From NCBI RefSeq assembly GCF_964204645.1, contig NC_134026.1, forward strand, positions 25,640,150-25,704,149: a DNA stretch of 64,000 nucleotides. Reading direction: 5' to 3'. The position numbers and the translations under genes were made by a program. The number at the start of each line of letters is the position of its first letter. Within the stretch, counting starts at the first letter, position 1. This DNA comes from Tubulanus polymorphus. Its lineage: Eukaryota > Animalia > Nemertea. The notes beneath the pieces are model-generated. The model was not told where the DNA came from. It searched no databases and saw nothing but the letters and a program-made list of their open reading frames with translations. Shown here piece after piece: positions 39,604-53,200 of this stretch.

Positions 39604-42600
39604 ATTTAATAAGCACTGTCAACCACTATCCATCGTAGCACGACCAGCACTGACAGCAGAGGTGAGTCGCGCCGTGACTTCATAACATTAAGCGTCGAGT
39701 GAACGGATGAGAGCTAGTTTCTATTTCACAGGGTAATGACACTTGTTGAAGTCCGAGGCTTCATCTATCATATCACCTCTCAACATCAGGCACAGATAGC
39801 TTTAATTGGGTTCACTAATTATATCAAGAAAGTGTTAATGATGTTGGCGAAAGAAAGTCTTTATCGATCATTCTAAAACATTATTGAAAATTTATTGATT
39901 TATTGATTGACGTACTTAATGTTTATATTGATATAGCTTCGACGACTTTCAAATTTCGCAGCAGATAAAATAACTCGATCAAAACAAGCTGATTTGTTGA
40001 TATAGGCTTAGTCACACAATTGATCTCCACCTTCTTTCATTTCTTCTCGCTATTTCTTCTGCATTTAGAGCCAAGCTAATTTGCATCACGTGAATTTTGA
40101 TCTATTGTCAACCCTGAAACATATGATTTTCTTTTTATTAAGTGCATTTGAAACGGATCCGTTCCCTTTGCGAGATTGTTTTTCATCCAATGCTCGGCCA
40201 GCTTCTGAGATGTAACTAATCGGATTACAGTATATGGTGTCGAAATACCTTTCACTACGCATATTTTCTGTACGTAACTCTGTTGATTCATAAGATCGCA
40301 CTGTAGGCCGCAAAATTGATTCAAGGCGTATTCACTGCGATTGAAAGCTCCTGAATCTATTGAAATGACTGTTCGTATATATTATCTCAGTTGCTAAGGG
40401 AAAATTATAAAATTCAAACTTAAAGCACTTGATAAACCCTCTTTCTCTTCCACAATAATTGTTCATCTTTTGTTTAGTTCATATATGAACTTCATTTTAC
40501 TTACCAGTCATGTTTAGTCACATGTTTTTAACTCCCGATCCGAAGTGTCGATTTACTTAGTAACAAAGAATCAAAGTCTTGAAAAACATCAACAGATTTA
40601 GAGGAAAAAGAGATAAAAACCAACAGCTATAATTATTCAGAGGTGTAGCGTTGTTTGGTTTCCAACCATGGATGAGAGGACTTAGTGTGGAGAGAAGATC
40701 AAGCATATTTTTCTCTGTCGGTGCGAAAGCTGAGATCAGAGTGATTTGCGAATTAAGGACTCCGCAAAGAACGGATATTTCATTATTGTGTTCACGTACC
40801 TAACTGTTACGCCTAAGTATAGTTACAAGGTTAACAGATTGTTTTTCGTATCATTACCTTATTTACGTTATAAGCAACCGTTTACATATTGATAATGGAT
40901 TAAAAATATTTGAAACTTATAGTTGGAATATTAGCAAAACGGTCCAATCAATAAGAATGTCTATCCTTCAATAGATGTTTCCTGTTCTATAGTTATTTGA
41001 TGAATTATAATGCGATGAGTTACGCAGAGATCCATGTCTCCCATCTGTTTATCTGCACACGTATAAATCAGATGAATCTATTCAATTACGAAGAAATATC
41101 AATCACTTTGTATCGGCCTTGCGTCAAAATGACTGTCAGGCTTTTTACACGGTCATTTTTGACTCGTCGTCTCTTGAGAGCTGTTGTGTCGCTCGATATC
41201 CGACAACTAGGCTTAATTGGAATTTTACGGGGATCAATGACAGTAATGAAGGGACCGCTCTGGTGTCTGTCGCGAACAGTGGATAATATCACCGGCTGTA
41301 GATTTTATCATCGGACCATCAGGGTATAAGCCCGACTGAAATGACTGGATAAAGTTACATATCAATGTTCAATGAGAGCCGTTCTCCAATAACATCACCA
41401 ATCGCAAAGGCGACGTCGTTTTTCTACATTTCTTATTAGTTTTCTTTATACTTTTTGTTTGCTTAACGTCGGAAAAATACGTGTTTGGAAAACTAAAACA
41501 TTTTCATCTTGAAATGCATGCTTTTTTGTATTACGAAATCCTGTTCCCTATATTACCTCCCTACGTCTAACGTAGCCCATATTAGTAGTTATCCATTTGT
41601 TTTATTTGGTTAATTTTGTTTCCCCTCTCTTTGCATAGTGCTTCATAGTCCGCTGAAGTTATTTTTAATCGTACCATTGAATCAACTTCAAGCGTCTATA
41701 ATTCATAAATCGAACTAAATGCGACATCCTCGGCAAATAAAGTGTTGATAGATCTCTTCGAAATCAAACATTTCTGCTCGATTCGCAGACAGAATCAAAC
41801 AAATGAGAATAATTTGTGTAGCGGCTCCCGATAAAATTTTTCAATAAAGAAGATGATAACGTCAAGAAAACGTCCTGGGGTGCATGGAAGAGCTTCCCTA
41901 TCGTAAAGCTTACTGACGTTAATGTACACGTTAATTTTGGTTCCGGTTTCCATGAATATGCATTGCATTTCTTGAGATTACCGATACTTCGTTAGCTCTA
42001 TCAAGTCTTCATCATGTAAATGTAGTAATTTATTCATTATGAGTGTTTGAAGTATATACAGCTGTATGTATTCTCTGCAGCGATAGTTGGACATTAGCGA
42101 TAGGTCTGATGAATGGTAAGGTCGGTGGCGTACGACCTGAGAAGCGCATCTTGGTTAAATTACCGTACTCTTGGCTCGAACTGCACGGAATGTTTTGTCA
42201 CCATCATCCCAAACTCTATACAGGCGTGCGTGATGAAACCGTATCTATTATTTAAGTCGAGCGGTCGATGATAGTTTTATGTAGCTAGGTGACCACAGGT
42301 CATGTAATTACCGAGCGTGGCTTGGTCGAGCACAGAAATTATCCAAGGGGATTTAATGACAGTAATGAACATATGGATGCCTATATATATATATATATAT
42401 GATATGTGGTACTAGACATGAATAATTAATGTGGTACTTTCCTTTTGTAGATCGCCACTCAAGAAGAGAAGGGTCGGTATTAGGAATACTCCCTGCAAGG
42501 TTTTGACAATGTATGACCCCACAAACAGCGAATTACTTTTCAACATATCACTTGCTCTCAAAAAGTACATGCTTGGCATCTGACACATTCTTCTTGATTA

Positions 42601-43856
42601 ATATAGCTATTGATTATTTCTTCTCACAAAGCAACTTGAGAAATTTCTCATAAACTGTCGATGTACAAGACAAGTACAGGTTCTCATAGACGTTTTATAC
42701 GGAGAAATATATTGTCATACTAATCGAGTATTGCTGTAACACCGAGGCCTGGCCAGGAGGAATATCAGTCAGAAACCCTTTTTGTATAGTAAACAGTTCC
42801 ATTCATATCGTGTACAATGGAATTAGTAGAATCATTCCTCACAATGTCGTCCCGTATTGACATTCGCTAATGTGTTGGCTTGTGCGCCAACACCATCATC
42901 GATTACGAATTCATATTCTTACTAGATGTTGCAAAATGCGATCTAAAATTTTAATAAGCAACTACAAGAGAATGAAATCTAAGTTATCGGTGAACGGCGC
43001 CCACGCCAGCGGCCTGCAACCGTGATTGGACAACGGTTTACGTGATTAAGAAAATGTTATTTGTTTGTTGTTTGTGCAGACAATCAATGCGGGATTCCGG
43101 CTATGAGTGAAGTCTAAACATCAACGATCTTTGGCGGATTTCCCTTGGAACCGGCGTTAGGCATCCGGCCATAAAAAGCGCTTCTTGAGCCGATCGGTGG
43201 TGAACGGAACGAGTTTGAGGCTTTTCTGTCGGATGATACAATGAACTGAAATCATCCATTATGGTCATTTCATGTATCATCGTCGGAAAATTGTAAAATT
43301 TGAAATTTACTCCGGGTAAACGAGACTTACGTAAGCGGCAAGTCCGATCTACCAAATACGCGTTATAGCGTCCCTACCCTGGAAAGTGAGGATATTCCAA
43401 TCGCCTGGCTCTGCATCATCCGATCTAGTAATAACTTCGATAGATTATTCCGGGTTTCCTCAATCCTTCCCATATTTCTTTCGTTTTGATGTTTTTAGGC
43501 TTTCACTAGTCCTGTTGATATTGTCGTTGTAACACTTTGGATAATACTACTCTTGAAATATTAGCGGTAGCCAAACAGGAGAGAGAGAGAGAGCTGGGCG
43601 CAGTCTCTTTAACTCTCTCCTAAATTGGACAATTCTTCCTTCATGTTGTTGTTGACTTCCAACCATCGCCGTGGCGTATCTATCTATTCTGTCACACATC
43701 ATGTCCACGTTCTATTGAAGTTAGATTTTAACGTTTTTTAAAGTTGCAATTGTCTAATCTGTTATCGTTTGTCTATATGGATTGAACACGCAATTTATTT
43801 GATAAGCTGCTGATAAATAAAGATTTAGAAGGATAGGTCAGGATTAATTTTTACGA

Positions 43857-45393
43857 ATGGGGTCTGGTAATGTGAAACTGGCAAATACTGCAGAATTGTC
43901 AAATATCACTAAATTAACCATGACATCTTGTGAAAACTGTTCAACGTCGTTCAACATATTCAGAAGGAAGGTATGTTTTCATTAGCTTATTTCGAGCAAG
44001 GCATTCTAACACTCCGTTTAACTATAGTCTGTTATTCATAGGTCATTCAATAATTTCTGAAATGAGTTTTCTATTTTTGTAGAAAGAATGCAATGAATGT
44101 CACAAACAACACTGCACTGATTGTCTAGTCAAAGAGCCGTCGCGAGCGTCCAATCGGAGGCGCTGTAACCGATGTCGTATATTGTCGTCGGGGACGCTGA
44201 TGCGACGCGATCTCGTGCAATTGAAAATAAAACATCTCCGAGAATTCCTACACAGGAATTGTATACGTACGGTGGATTGCAAGGAGAAAGACGACCTAGT
44301 AGAATTGATATTACTACATTACGGAAGTGATGCCTATCACAGGCAAAGGGTTGAACACGACCGAGAGGTGCTAGAGCTTAGGGTAAGATTAATAACGTGT
44401 AGGCCTACAGTAAACCTCACCTTACTCGGACATGCCCAACTCTTAATTTTAACTAACTCTGACAAAAACCAAATAATTTAGGTGATTTCCTAACTTATCT
44501 TAACTCGGGCTTCACTTACCTCGCACTGATTTTGTCGGTCCTAGTTTGTCCTAGTTAGTTAAAGGAGATTTACTGTATTACTACAATTCAGATATGAGAA
44601 TTTTTATTATATTTTGTACTAACTGCATGAATATTCCAGGAGCGAAATCTGCAAGATTTTAGTCAACAAGATCTAACAGAGAATGAAGAAGCTCCGCCGG
44701 TGAATGGTGAAGAAGAAGACATTGCTATAAATGAAAATGAAGGTGTAAATGATAGTCCAATAGCTGAAGCATCTTCTAGTGAGGATTCAGAAACACCGGT
44801 GCATGAACAAGTATTAGAAACTGACACTAACAGTCTAAATGTACGTCAATTCAATTTTTCTATGAGTAAATGAATGAAAATGTTCCGACAGGTTTCAAAA
44901 TAAGATGATAATTTCTATTCTTTTTTAGAATGTTAATGTACCTAGCACACGAGGAACATTTTCAAGAGGAAAGCGAATGAAAATAGATGAAGTTATGTCG
45001 GTCAATCAAATCAGAGATTTAAGCGTTAAACGACTTAAAGAACTTTTAACTGAGAATTTTGTTAATTACAAAGGATGTTGCGAAAAGGGGGAACTTGTAG
45101 ATCGTGTAATCATGCTATGGAGAGAGCATCAAGTAATCAAAGCAAGAGGTAATTGATATTCTGATTATAACTATTCCACCACTCTTTATGGACTGCTCTC
45201 TAATTGATTTGCCATTTTAATTTCAGTGACCGATGATGACAGTACATGTAAGATATGTATGGATGCAGCAATAGACTGTGTACTATTAGAATGTGGTCAT
45301 ATGGTTTCATGTACTGACTGTGGTAAAAGGCTTGCCGAGTGTCCAATTTGTCGCCAATATGTCGTTCGTGTGGTTCATACCTTCAAGGCCTGA
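43857..45393 (+). CDS. RNF34: E3 ubiquitin ligase RNF34/RFFL (CARP family); exons 43857-43970, 44083-44382, 44640-44840, 44929-45148, 45227-45393
   Basis: N-terminal FYVE-like Cys cluster (CENC..FNIFRRK..CNEC...CTDC...CNRC), two SAP-like segments ([10 protein letters not shown]...CKEKDDLV and [10 protein letters not shown]...GCCEKGELV), and a C-terminal [45 protein letters not shown]. All junctions are GT-AG and in frame. The start could instead be the ATG at 43920. Confidence 0.9.
44408..44575. mobile_element. Tc1/mariner-superfamily (pogo/Tigger-like) MITE in RNF34 intron 2
   Basis: TA|CAGTAAACCTC ... GAGATTTACTG|TA: TA target duplication and CAGT termini. Confidence 0.7.
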
Positions 45394-45543
45394 CCAATGT
45401 TTTAACTCCGTTACGGCAGCGGTTTTTTTTTGAGACTACAAATTTTCAGTACAGTTTTATGTTTTGTTAGGTTTAACCTATGATGTCAAATAAGTGTCAT
45501 TTTCGTTGTATGTACAACTCTAAATATTTGTTGGATCTACATA

Positions 45544-46041
45544 CATTAATCCTTGCGTAAGTCGGATCTTTTGGGACTGAGAAAAACACTCCGCCTTGAA
45601 AAGTCTGACTTTGAACTAGTCAGATTTAGAGCCTTTTTCCAAAAACTACGACTCGAGAATTAATTTCTGTAAACGTAAAAATTTACATCTACGAGAAATG
45701 ATTTAAAAACACTGAAATATTTCGGGTTTATTTTTCTATTCTAATGCACTAACCCCAACTAAAATAACGCCTGTTGGCATGAATCGTTGATTTCAAGCCA
45801 GGAATAGGGAAGACATCGAACTACATTATGGGATGAAAATAGCCCTCCTACTTTTGGGGAATGATTTACAACCGATTTTTATTTTGGGACCAAGAAAAGT
45901 AGTACGAGATAAGCGAGTTTCCGACTAATAAAATCCGACTGGAATCTCTTTGAAAAAGAGACTGAAATTGGGACCATCAATACTCATCCGATATAAGCAA
46001 TTATCCGACTTTCGCCGATCCGACTTACGCAAGGTTTGCTG
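45544..46041. mobile_element. Tc1/mariner-superfamily MITE in the RNF34 3' region
   Basis: TA|CAttaatCCTTGCGTAAGTCGGATC ... GATCCGACTTACGCAAGGtttgcTG|TA, with repeated internal TCCGA(C/T) motifs. Confidence 0.75.
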
Positions 46042-46792
46042 TATTTTCCACGTGCTTATTTAGTTCAATTAGATTTTTTATGAAACAATCATACTGCAAA
46101 TTAATATGGATAATGATGATTGCCCGGAAGATGGTAAACATTGATATAATCAAAACTTCTAATTTATGGTTCACGTTTTATGTTCAATGCTTCAGAACGT
46201 ATCTTAAATTGACAACTGGAGCCAGACGTGTACATGTTTCCTGTTTCATTGTATGACTACCAATTATCCAGTCAGGAATGAGTATATTGGCAGAGGTTAG
46301 ATTTTAGACATCCCTAGTGCCACGAGACATTTTTATTGAGCGAAGTTGGCTTCAGCGTAGACTGATATTTGTAATGCTAAGTTCACACACACGATTTTTC
46401 ATCCAGGATTCTAACAGTTGAGCTCAACCATTTTAGATGAAATCTATGATAAAGTTCTATCGAATTAGTTCCCATGAATGGATCCTGTTCAGATATATTC
46501 CTGGTATCTGGCGGTTGTCTATCTTATCTGACACTTAGTGATTTTGTGTGAACCTATCATTAGATATATATGTAGTTTCAATGAGCTATGCACAACTCAA
46601 ACAATGTAGTATTAAGTACTTAGTGACATACCAGTACTAGTACTGAATTAAGTACATTGTCTTCAGTCAAGTTGCTCTTTTATTTGAGAATAAGAATGGT
46701 GCCTAACGATATTCTCAGGGGCTAATTTCAATTTACAGTAGTTTTCATTTTCCAGCTACATGTAGTAATTTTTATGTATTCTGGCGATAGGC

Positions 46793-47342
46793 ACTAATGT
46801 CTATTTATTAATGGATGAGACCTGTTTTTCTGCGATATTTTGCTTACTTTTTGGGGTACATACCTCATTTATGTCTTAACAGAATGCCAAAAATCGCGGA
46901 CAACAACTGAATATCCGATATATTTCCAGTTCTGTACCAATTAGATGGATTGGCAAAAAGACTCCTTAAGTCCAGTTGAATGAGAGAGAAAATCCTCCAT
47001 TTTGTCAAATTTCTTGAATTTTTACATTGTCACCATGCCTACGAAATGAAGTTATTTTTCTTGTGGGGTCTCAACAACTAAATCAGGGTGGCGTAGGCAT
47101 GGTAACAATGTTCAAATCCAAGAAATTTGACAAAATGGAAGATTTTCTCTCTCATTCAACTGGACTTAAGGAGTCTTTTTGCCAATCCATCTAATTGGTA
47201 CAGAACTGGAAATATATCGGATATTCAGTTGTTGTCCGCGATTTTTGGCATTCTGTTAAGACATAAATGAGGTATGTACCCCAAAAAGTAAGCAAAATAT
47301 CCCAGAAAAACAGGTCTCATCAATTAATAAATAGACATTAGT
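46793..47342. mobile_element. Long near-perfect inverted repeat (251-bp arms, 48-bp spacer), MITE/foldback-like
   Basis: 46793-47043 is the reverse complement of 47092-47342 with about 7 mismatches by eye and no indels. A related solo arm lies at 24100-24320. No clear TSD. Confidence 0.92.
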
Positions 47343-48072
47343 ACTCGAGTCTACATGGCAAGCAATGATATTTTTGTATTCAATTAATGGTCACATTCCA
47401 TCAAATCAGATGCCGATTTCTGCAAAATAAGAACCTCACCAGTAAGAATGCCTATACTCACACTGCAGTTCCATTGATGTTATTTTAGTTTTAATGTGTA
47501 TACATGTAATTACAAATAATTGGAATAAATATTTTTAGAAATAACTGTTCATATCTGCCTGGTTCAGTGTAGCTGATTTGCTTAAGAATCTACAAAGTTA
47601 CTCCTATCCGAGGAAAGATGAAGTCAGCCTTATTCAAGTGCCAGAGCAAATGGCGTACACATAAAATAGTATAACTTTGACCCCCTCCTCATTTCAAAAG
47701 AATGTCCTCATTGCACTAAACCCCTTGTCCGTCTGAAGTGGGAAGGACGGTGTCTACATCGTAACAGCCCTACTGAAGTATAAAGTTTACAACCCCTCTA
47801 AACCATCATAGCTCCCAGAATTTCTGTCAGGCCACTCGTACGCATTAACAGGAAATTCTCCAGGACATAAGGTTTTATCTGCACAGGATCAGTAATAATG
47901 GTACCAGTGATAGAAAAATTCAATGAAAAATTTATTTACTTTTGATGAACAACATTTATTATGTAATTTCAAAGCATACGCACACTCACATTGACATAAT
48001 TTAGACAAAGTATTGAAAACAAGAATATAGTACACGTAGATCAGTTAATCGCACTGTCATGACACATTTTCA

Positions 48073-50217
48073 TTAGTTCCTTCTCCCGTGGTCATTATAT
48101 CTGAAAAATTGAGAAAAGAGCTCTACAGATATTGCAACTTATTAAAACCGGTGCGTACTATTCATCTAAAATAAATAAAGGCATCATTCTCCGGATTAAC
48201 ATATTACTTTAAAGAAAAGAAAGTACAAATGCATATACTTAAAACAAACATAAATACACATTTAACTTGATATCAAATAATATCTAATTCAAACACGCCG
48301 GTTCAAATATTACAAGGAGAATGAAGGTTTTTAAAAAAGAAACATCCATGTCAAACCTCGACCGTCTATCTCTTGGCGATTGTGATCTTGAACGTGATCT
48401 CGAATATGAGCGTCCCCTTCTGCTGCGGGAATTCCTAGAACTTGACCTAAACACATACAATATACGATTACAAATCCGAAAATGCTGTAATACACATCAC
48501 CGTTCAATTCAGACGTAGTTTTCATCTTGTATTAAACATTATTCACCGGTTTCAGGTGGTGACTGTCAGTCACAGCTACACTAGCAAAATGATGCCATGA
48601 GAGTTTAGGAAAAAAGATAGCGACCTTTTTAACCTTATACCCTCGGTTACCTTGACCTAGATCTTGATCGACTGCGAGAATACGACCGAGACGATGACGA
48701 GCCAGATCTCGATGAGCCGGACGACGGCGAACGTGACTTTTCCTTCGTTGCACCAGGTTTTGTTTCCGTTACATCGGAAGAAAGATCATATTTACTAGAA
48801 TCGGCATTGTCATCATCATCATCATCCTGGAATGAGGTATTGGAACAGAATTTGTATATAAATCAGTGGCAGAAGACTTACGAAGACCCTCAAAATATCA
48901 ATTGCCGCTTAGATATACAGGTACTTTCTCAAAAAGGGCAAAATGTTATCGAAGATAAATCAAAAAGAGCGCTGTCGATCAAAAGCTCTGTCAGAATGCC
49001 TTTATATTATCAATTTGCCATAAAAACATTTCGTAAGAGCCTCAGATTTTGATCCTGATCTGGAGGAATTGTGAGGATTGTAAACTCACATCATCTGAGT
49101 CTAATTTATATTTTGATATGTCTCCATCATCGTCATCATCTTCATCATCATCATCCTCTTCATCTTCATATGTATGATTTGTTTTCGCTATTGGTGGATT
49201 TTCCGAGCTTAAATTTCTCTTTTTCTTCCGTCTTCCAAACTTCAAATGAAAAAAGATCATTTTGTCATATTATTGTGGGATTCTCATCTATAAATTTTAC
49301 CATCATTACACAAATATAGTGCCTCATCAAAGGCTTTCGATATCCAGTTGCATTGAGAGGTATTTGTGGAATATTTTCTAGCCCTCACCTCGTCAAATTC
49401 ATCATCAGAATCTTGCTTCTCTTTGTATTCGACAACTTCATCTCTTTCCATATATCCTCCTCCATATCCTGCAATGAATAATTGAAATGAAGGTACATTG
49501 TATATACTACAAGTATAAGCAAATCTTTACTTTTTGTATATTATTCACAAAAAAGGATTGTTACCATGAATTTAACGTGTTCTTAGAGGTTCTTACCTGT
49601 CCTTGCTTCCAGTTTACCATACTTCGGTGAATTACACATGTTGCATGTATTTCTCCTTGCCCAATTTACGTTTCCACACCTTCAATAACAATCCATTCAA
49701 AACAGATATCAACGTAAGTAATAAACAGGCATCAAAACAAATTTAATCACACAGACACCTACATTTTACATTGCCAGTCATCGGCAGTGAATAACCCTTT
49801 ACTTCGGTCTGCAGCAGCCTTTCCAATTTCAGAACCTCCTTTTTTATAGGAACTACCTTCCATCTTTTCTGTTCAAGAAATTACAGCCCATCATGGACAT
49901 GGTATTAATTGAGTCAACCCAATATCGCAAGCCAAATGATATGCAGAGTCCAGAGTAAAATAAGCTGTGTGCCTACCTTTACCACAGCGATTGCATTTTG
50001 TTCGTTTTGTAAAATTAACATTTCCACATCTTAAAAGGAAACCACAGACTTAATTAAAGTTGACAATTCAATAAAAATTGATTGGAATTTACTTCATCAT
50101 TGACATATTCGATTTTGAAAATTACGTTGAGTCGGAACAAATCCAATCTCCTTCACTTGGACGGAATGCTTTACTTCCTCCTCCACCTCCTCCTTTAGAT
50201 GATGGATCAGCAGCCAT
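48073..50217 (-). CDS. ZRANB2: Zinc finger Ran-binding domain protein 2 (splicing factor); exons 50217-50126, 50029-49977, 49868-49763, 49679-49597, 49468-49389, 49239-49090, 48826-48651, 48446-48357, 48100-48073
   Basis: Two RanBP2 fingers ([24 protein letters not shown] and DDWQCKMCGNVNWARRNTCNMC), the motif RTGYGGGYMER, an acidic tract, DEFGRRKKK and an RS-rich tail. All junctions are GT-AG and in frame. Confidence 0.93.
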
Positions 50218-50276
50218 TGAAAAATTCTACCCGCTCCTCTATTATTCTGACTTGTTATAAATAAAAAGGAAACAGG

Positions 50277-53200
50277 TTAAACTGCAGCTATGCAGCATGT
50301 CCCGTGAGAGGACCTGGGGCCTGTGACGGGACATCCTTGTCCCGTCACAGGTCCCGATGGAAAATGAAAACTTTGCATTTCATAGACGAAATGTCGAAAG
50401 AAACTGCACTCGATCGGTTACTATATACACTCAAAATAATGTTAAGAACATGTTAATAATCGAAATTTGTTCGTAATTTTATTATTTCAGATCAATGATA
50501 TCATCAAATCGAAACATTAAATGTAATAATGAAGATCGGATCAAGAGAAGACAGAACCACAGCTATCGAAATTTCAATTTTTAGTGTATAGACTGACTCA
50601 TACTATCGAAAATAAACTGAATGTATCTTGACAATTTTGGTGCCAATGGTGTTAGTAACCGTTTGTTAAGCGTTACACTGCAAACAAAAGTAAAAGTGGA
50701 GGGGGCAACTTAATGGCCCTAGATCACTCTCGAAAGAGAGAATTCAAAAGAGGACCCGATTCAACACACTGTCCCGTGAGAGGACCCGATTTTAAATACT
50801 GTCCCGTGAGAGGACTCGATTCAATACACTATCCCGTGAGAGGACCCGAATCAACACACTGTCCCGTAAGAGGACCCGATTTTTAATACTATCCCGTGAG
50901 AAGACCCGATTTTAGATACTGTTCCGTGAGAGGACCCGATTTTAGATGCTGTCCCGTGAGAGGACCCGAATCAACTTACTGTCCCGTGAGAGGACCCGGT
51001 TCAACACACTGTCCCGTGAGAGGACCCGATTCAACACACTGTCCCGTGAGAGGACCCAATTTTAAATACTGTCCCGTGAGAGGACCCGATTTTGAATACT
51101 GTCCCGTGAGAGGGCCCGGTTTCAAATGATGTCCCGTGAGAGGGCCCGATTCAACACACTGTCCCGTGAGAGGACCCGATTCAACTTGCTGTCCCGTGAG
51201 AGGGCCCGGTTTCAAATAATGTCCCGTGAGAGGGCCCTATTCAACACACTGTCCCGTGAGAGGACCCGAATCAACACACTGTCCCGTGAGAGGACCCGAT
51301 TTTTAATACTATCCCGTGAGAAGACCCGATTTTAGATACTGTCCCGTGAGAGGACCCGGTTCAACACACTGTCCCGTGAGAGGACCCTATTTTAAATAAT
51401 GTCCCGTGAGAGGACCCGAATCAACTTGCTGTCCCGTGAGAGGGACCGATTTTGAATACTGTCCCGTGAGAGGGCCTGGTTTCAAATAATGTCCCGTGAG
51501 AGGGCCCGATTCAACACACTGTCCCGTGAAAGGACCCGATTTTTAATAATGTCCCGTGAGAGGACCCGAATCAACTTGCTGTCCCGTGAGAGGACCCGGT
51601 TCAACACACGGTCCCGTGAGAGGACCTGATTTTAAATACCGTCTCGTGAGAGGACCCGATTCAACACACTGTCCCGTGAGAGGACCCGAATCAACTTACT
51701 GTCCCGTGAGAGGACCCGGTTCAACACACTGTCCCGTGAGAGGACCCGGTTAAACACACTGTCCCGTGAGAGGACCCGAATCAACTTGCTGTCCCGTGAG
51801 AGGGACCGATTTTGAATACTGTCCCGTGAGAGGGCCTGGTTTCAAATAATGTCCCGTGAGAGGGCCAGATTTTAAATACGGTCCCGTGAGAGGACCCGAA
51901 TCAACTTACTGTCCCGTGAGAGGACCCGGTTCAACACACTGTCCCGTGAGAGGACCCGATTTTAAATAATGTCCCGTGAGAGGACCCGAATCAACACACT
52001 GTCCCGTGAGAGGACCCGAATCAACACACTGTCCCGTGAGAGGACCCGAATCAACACACTGTCCCGTGAGAGGACCCGATTTTAAATACTGTCCCGTGAG
52101 AGGACCCGGTTCAATACACTGTCCCGTGAGAGGGCCCGGTTTCAAATAATGTCCCGTGAGAGGACCCGATTTTAAATAATGTCCCGTGAGAGGACCCGAT
52201 TCAACACACTGTCCCGTGAGAGGACCCTATTTTAAATACTGTCCCGTGAGAGGACCCGATTCAACACACTGTCCCGTGAGAGGGCCCGATTCAACACACT
52301 GTCCCGTGAGAGGACCCTATTTTAAATACTGTCCCGTGAGAGGACCCGATTCAACACACTGTCCCGTGAGAGGACCCGGTTCAACACACTGTCCCGTGAG
52401 AGGGCCCGATTCAACACACTGTCCCGTGAGAGGACCCTATTTTAAATACTGTCCCGTGAGAGGACCCGATTTTAAATGCTGTCCCGTGAGAGGACCCGAA
52501 TCAACTTACTGTCCCGTGAGAGGACCCGGTTCAACACACTGTCCCGTGAGAGGACCCGATTTTAAATAATGTCCCGTGAGAGGACCCGATTCAACACACT
52601 GTCCCGTGAGAGGACCCGATTTTAAATACTGTCGTGAGAGGACCCGGTTCAATACACTGTCCCGTGAGAGGACCCGATTTTAAATAATGTCCCGTGAGAG
52701 GACCCGAATCAACACACTGTCCCGTGAGAGGACCCGAATCAACACACTGTCCCGTTAGAGGACCCGATTTTAAATACTGTCCCGTGAAGGAACCCAATTT
52801 TTAATACTATCCCGTGAAGGAACCCAATTTTAAGTACTGTCCTGTGAGAGGACCCGGTTCAACACACTGTCCCGTGAGAGGACCTGATTCAACACACTAT
52901 CCCGTGAGAGGGACAGTATTTAAAATCGGGTCCTCTCACGGGACAGTGTGTTGATTCGGGTCCTCTCACGGGACAGTGTGTTGATTCGGGTCCTCTCACG
53001 GGACATTATTTAAAATCGGGTCCTCTCACGGGACAGTGTATTGAACCGGGTCCTCTCACGACAGTATTTAAAATCGGGTCCTCTCACGGGACAGTGTGTT
53101 GAATCGGGTCCTCTCACGGGACATTATTTAAAATCGGGTCCTCTCACGGGACAGTGTGTTGAACCGGGTCCTCTCACGGGACAGTAAGTTGATTCGGGTC

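Noticed and set aside
47560-47665. Short frame WFSVADLLK... faintly resembling a reverse-transcriptase motif
   Set aside because: Only ~34 codons with no further RT motifs; BLASTX would be needed.
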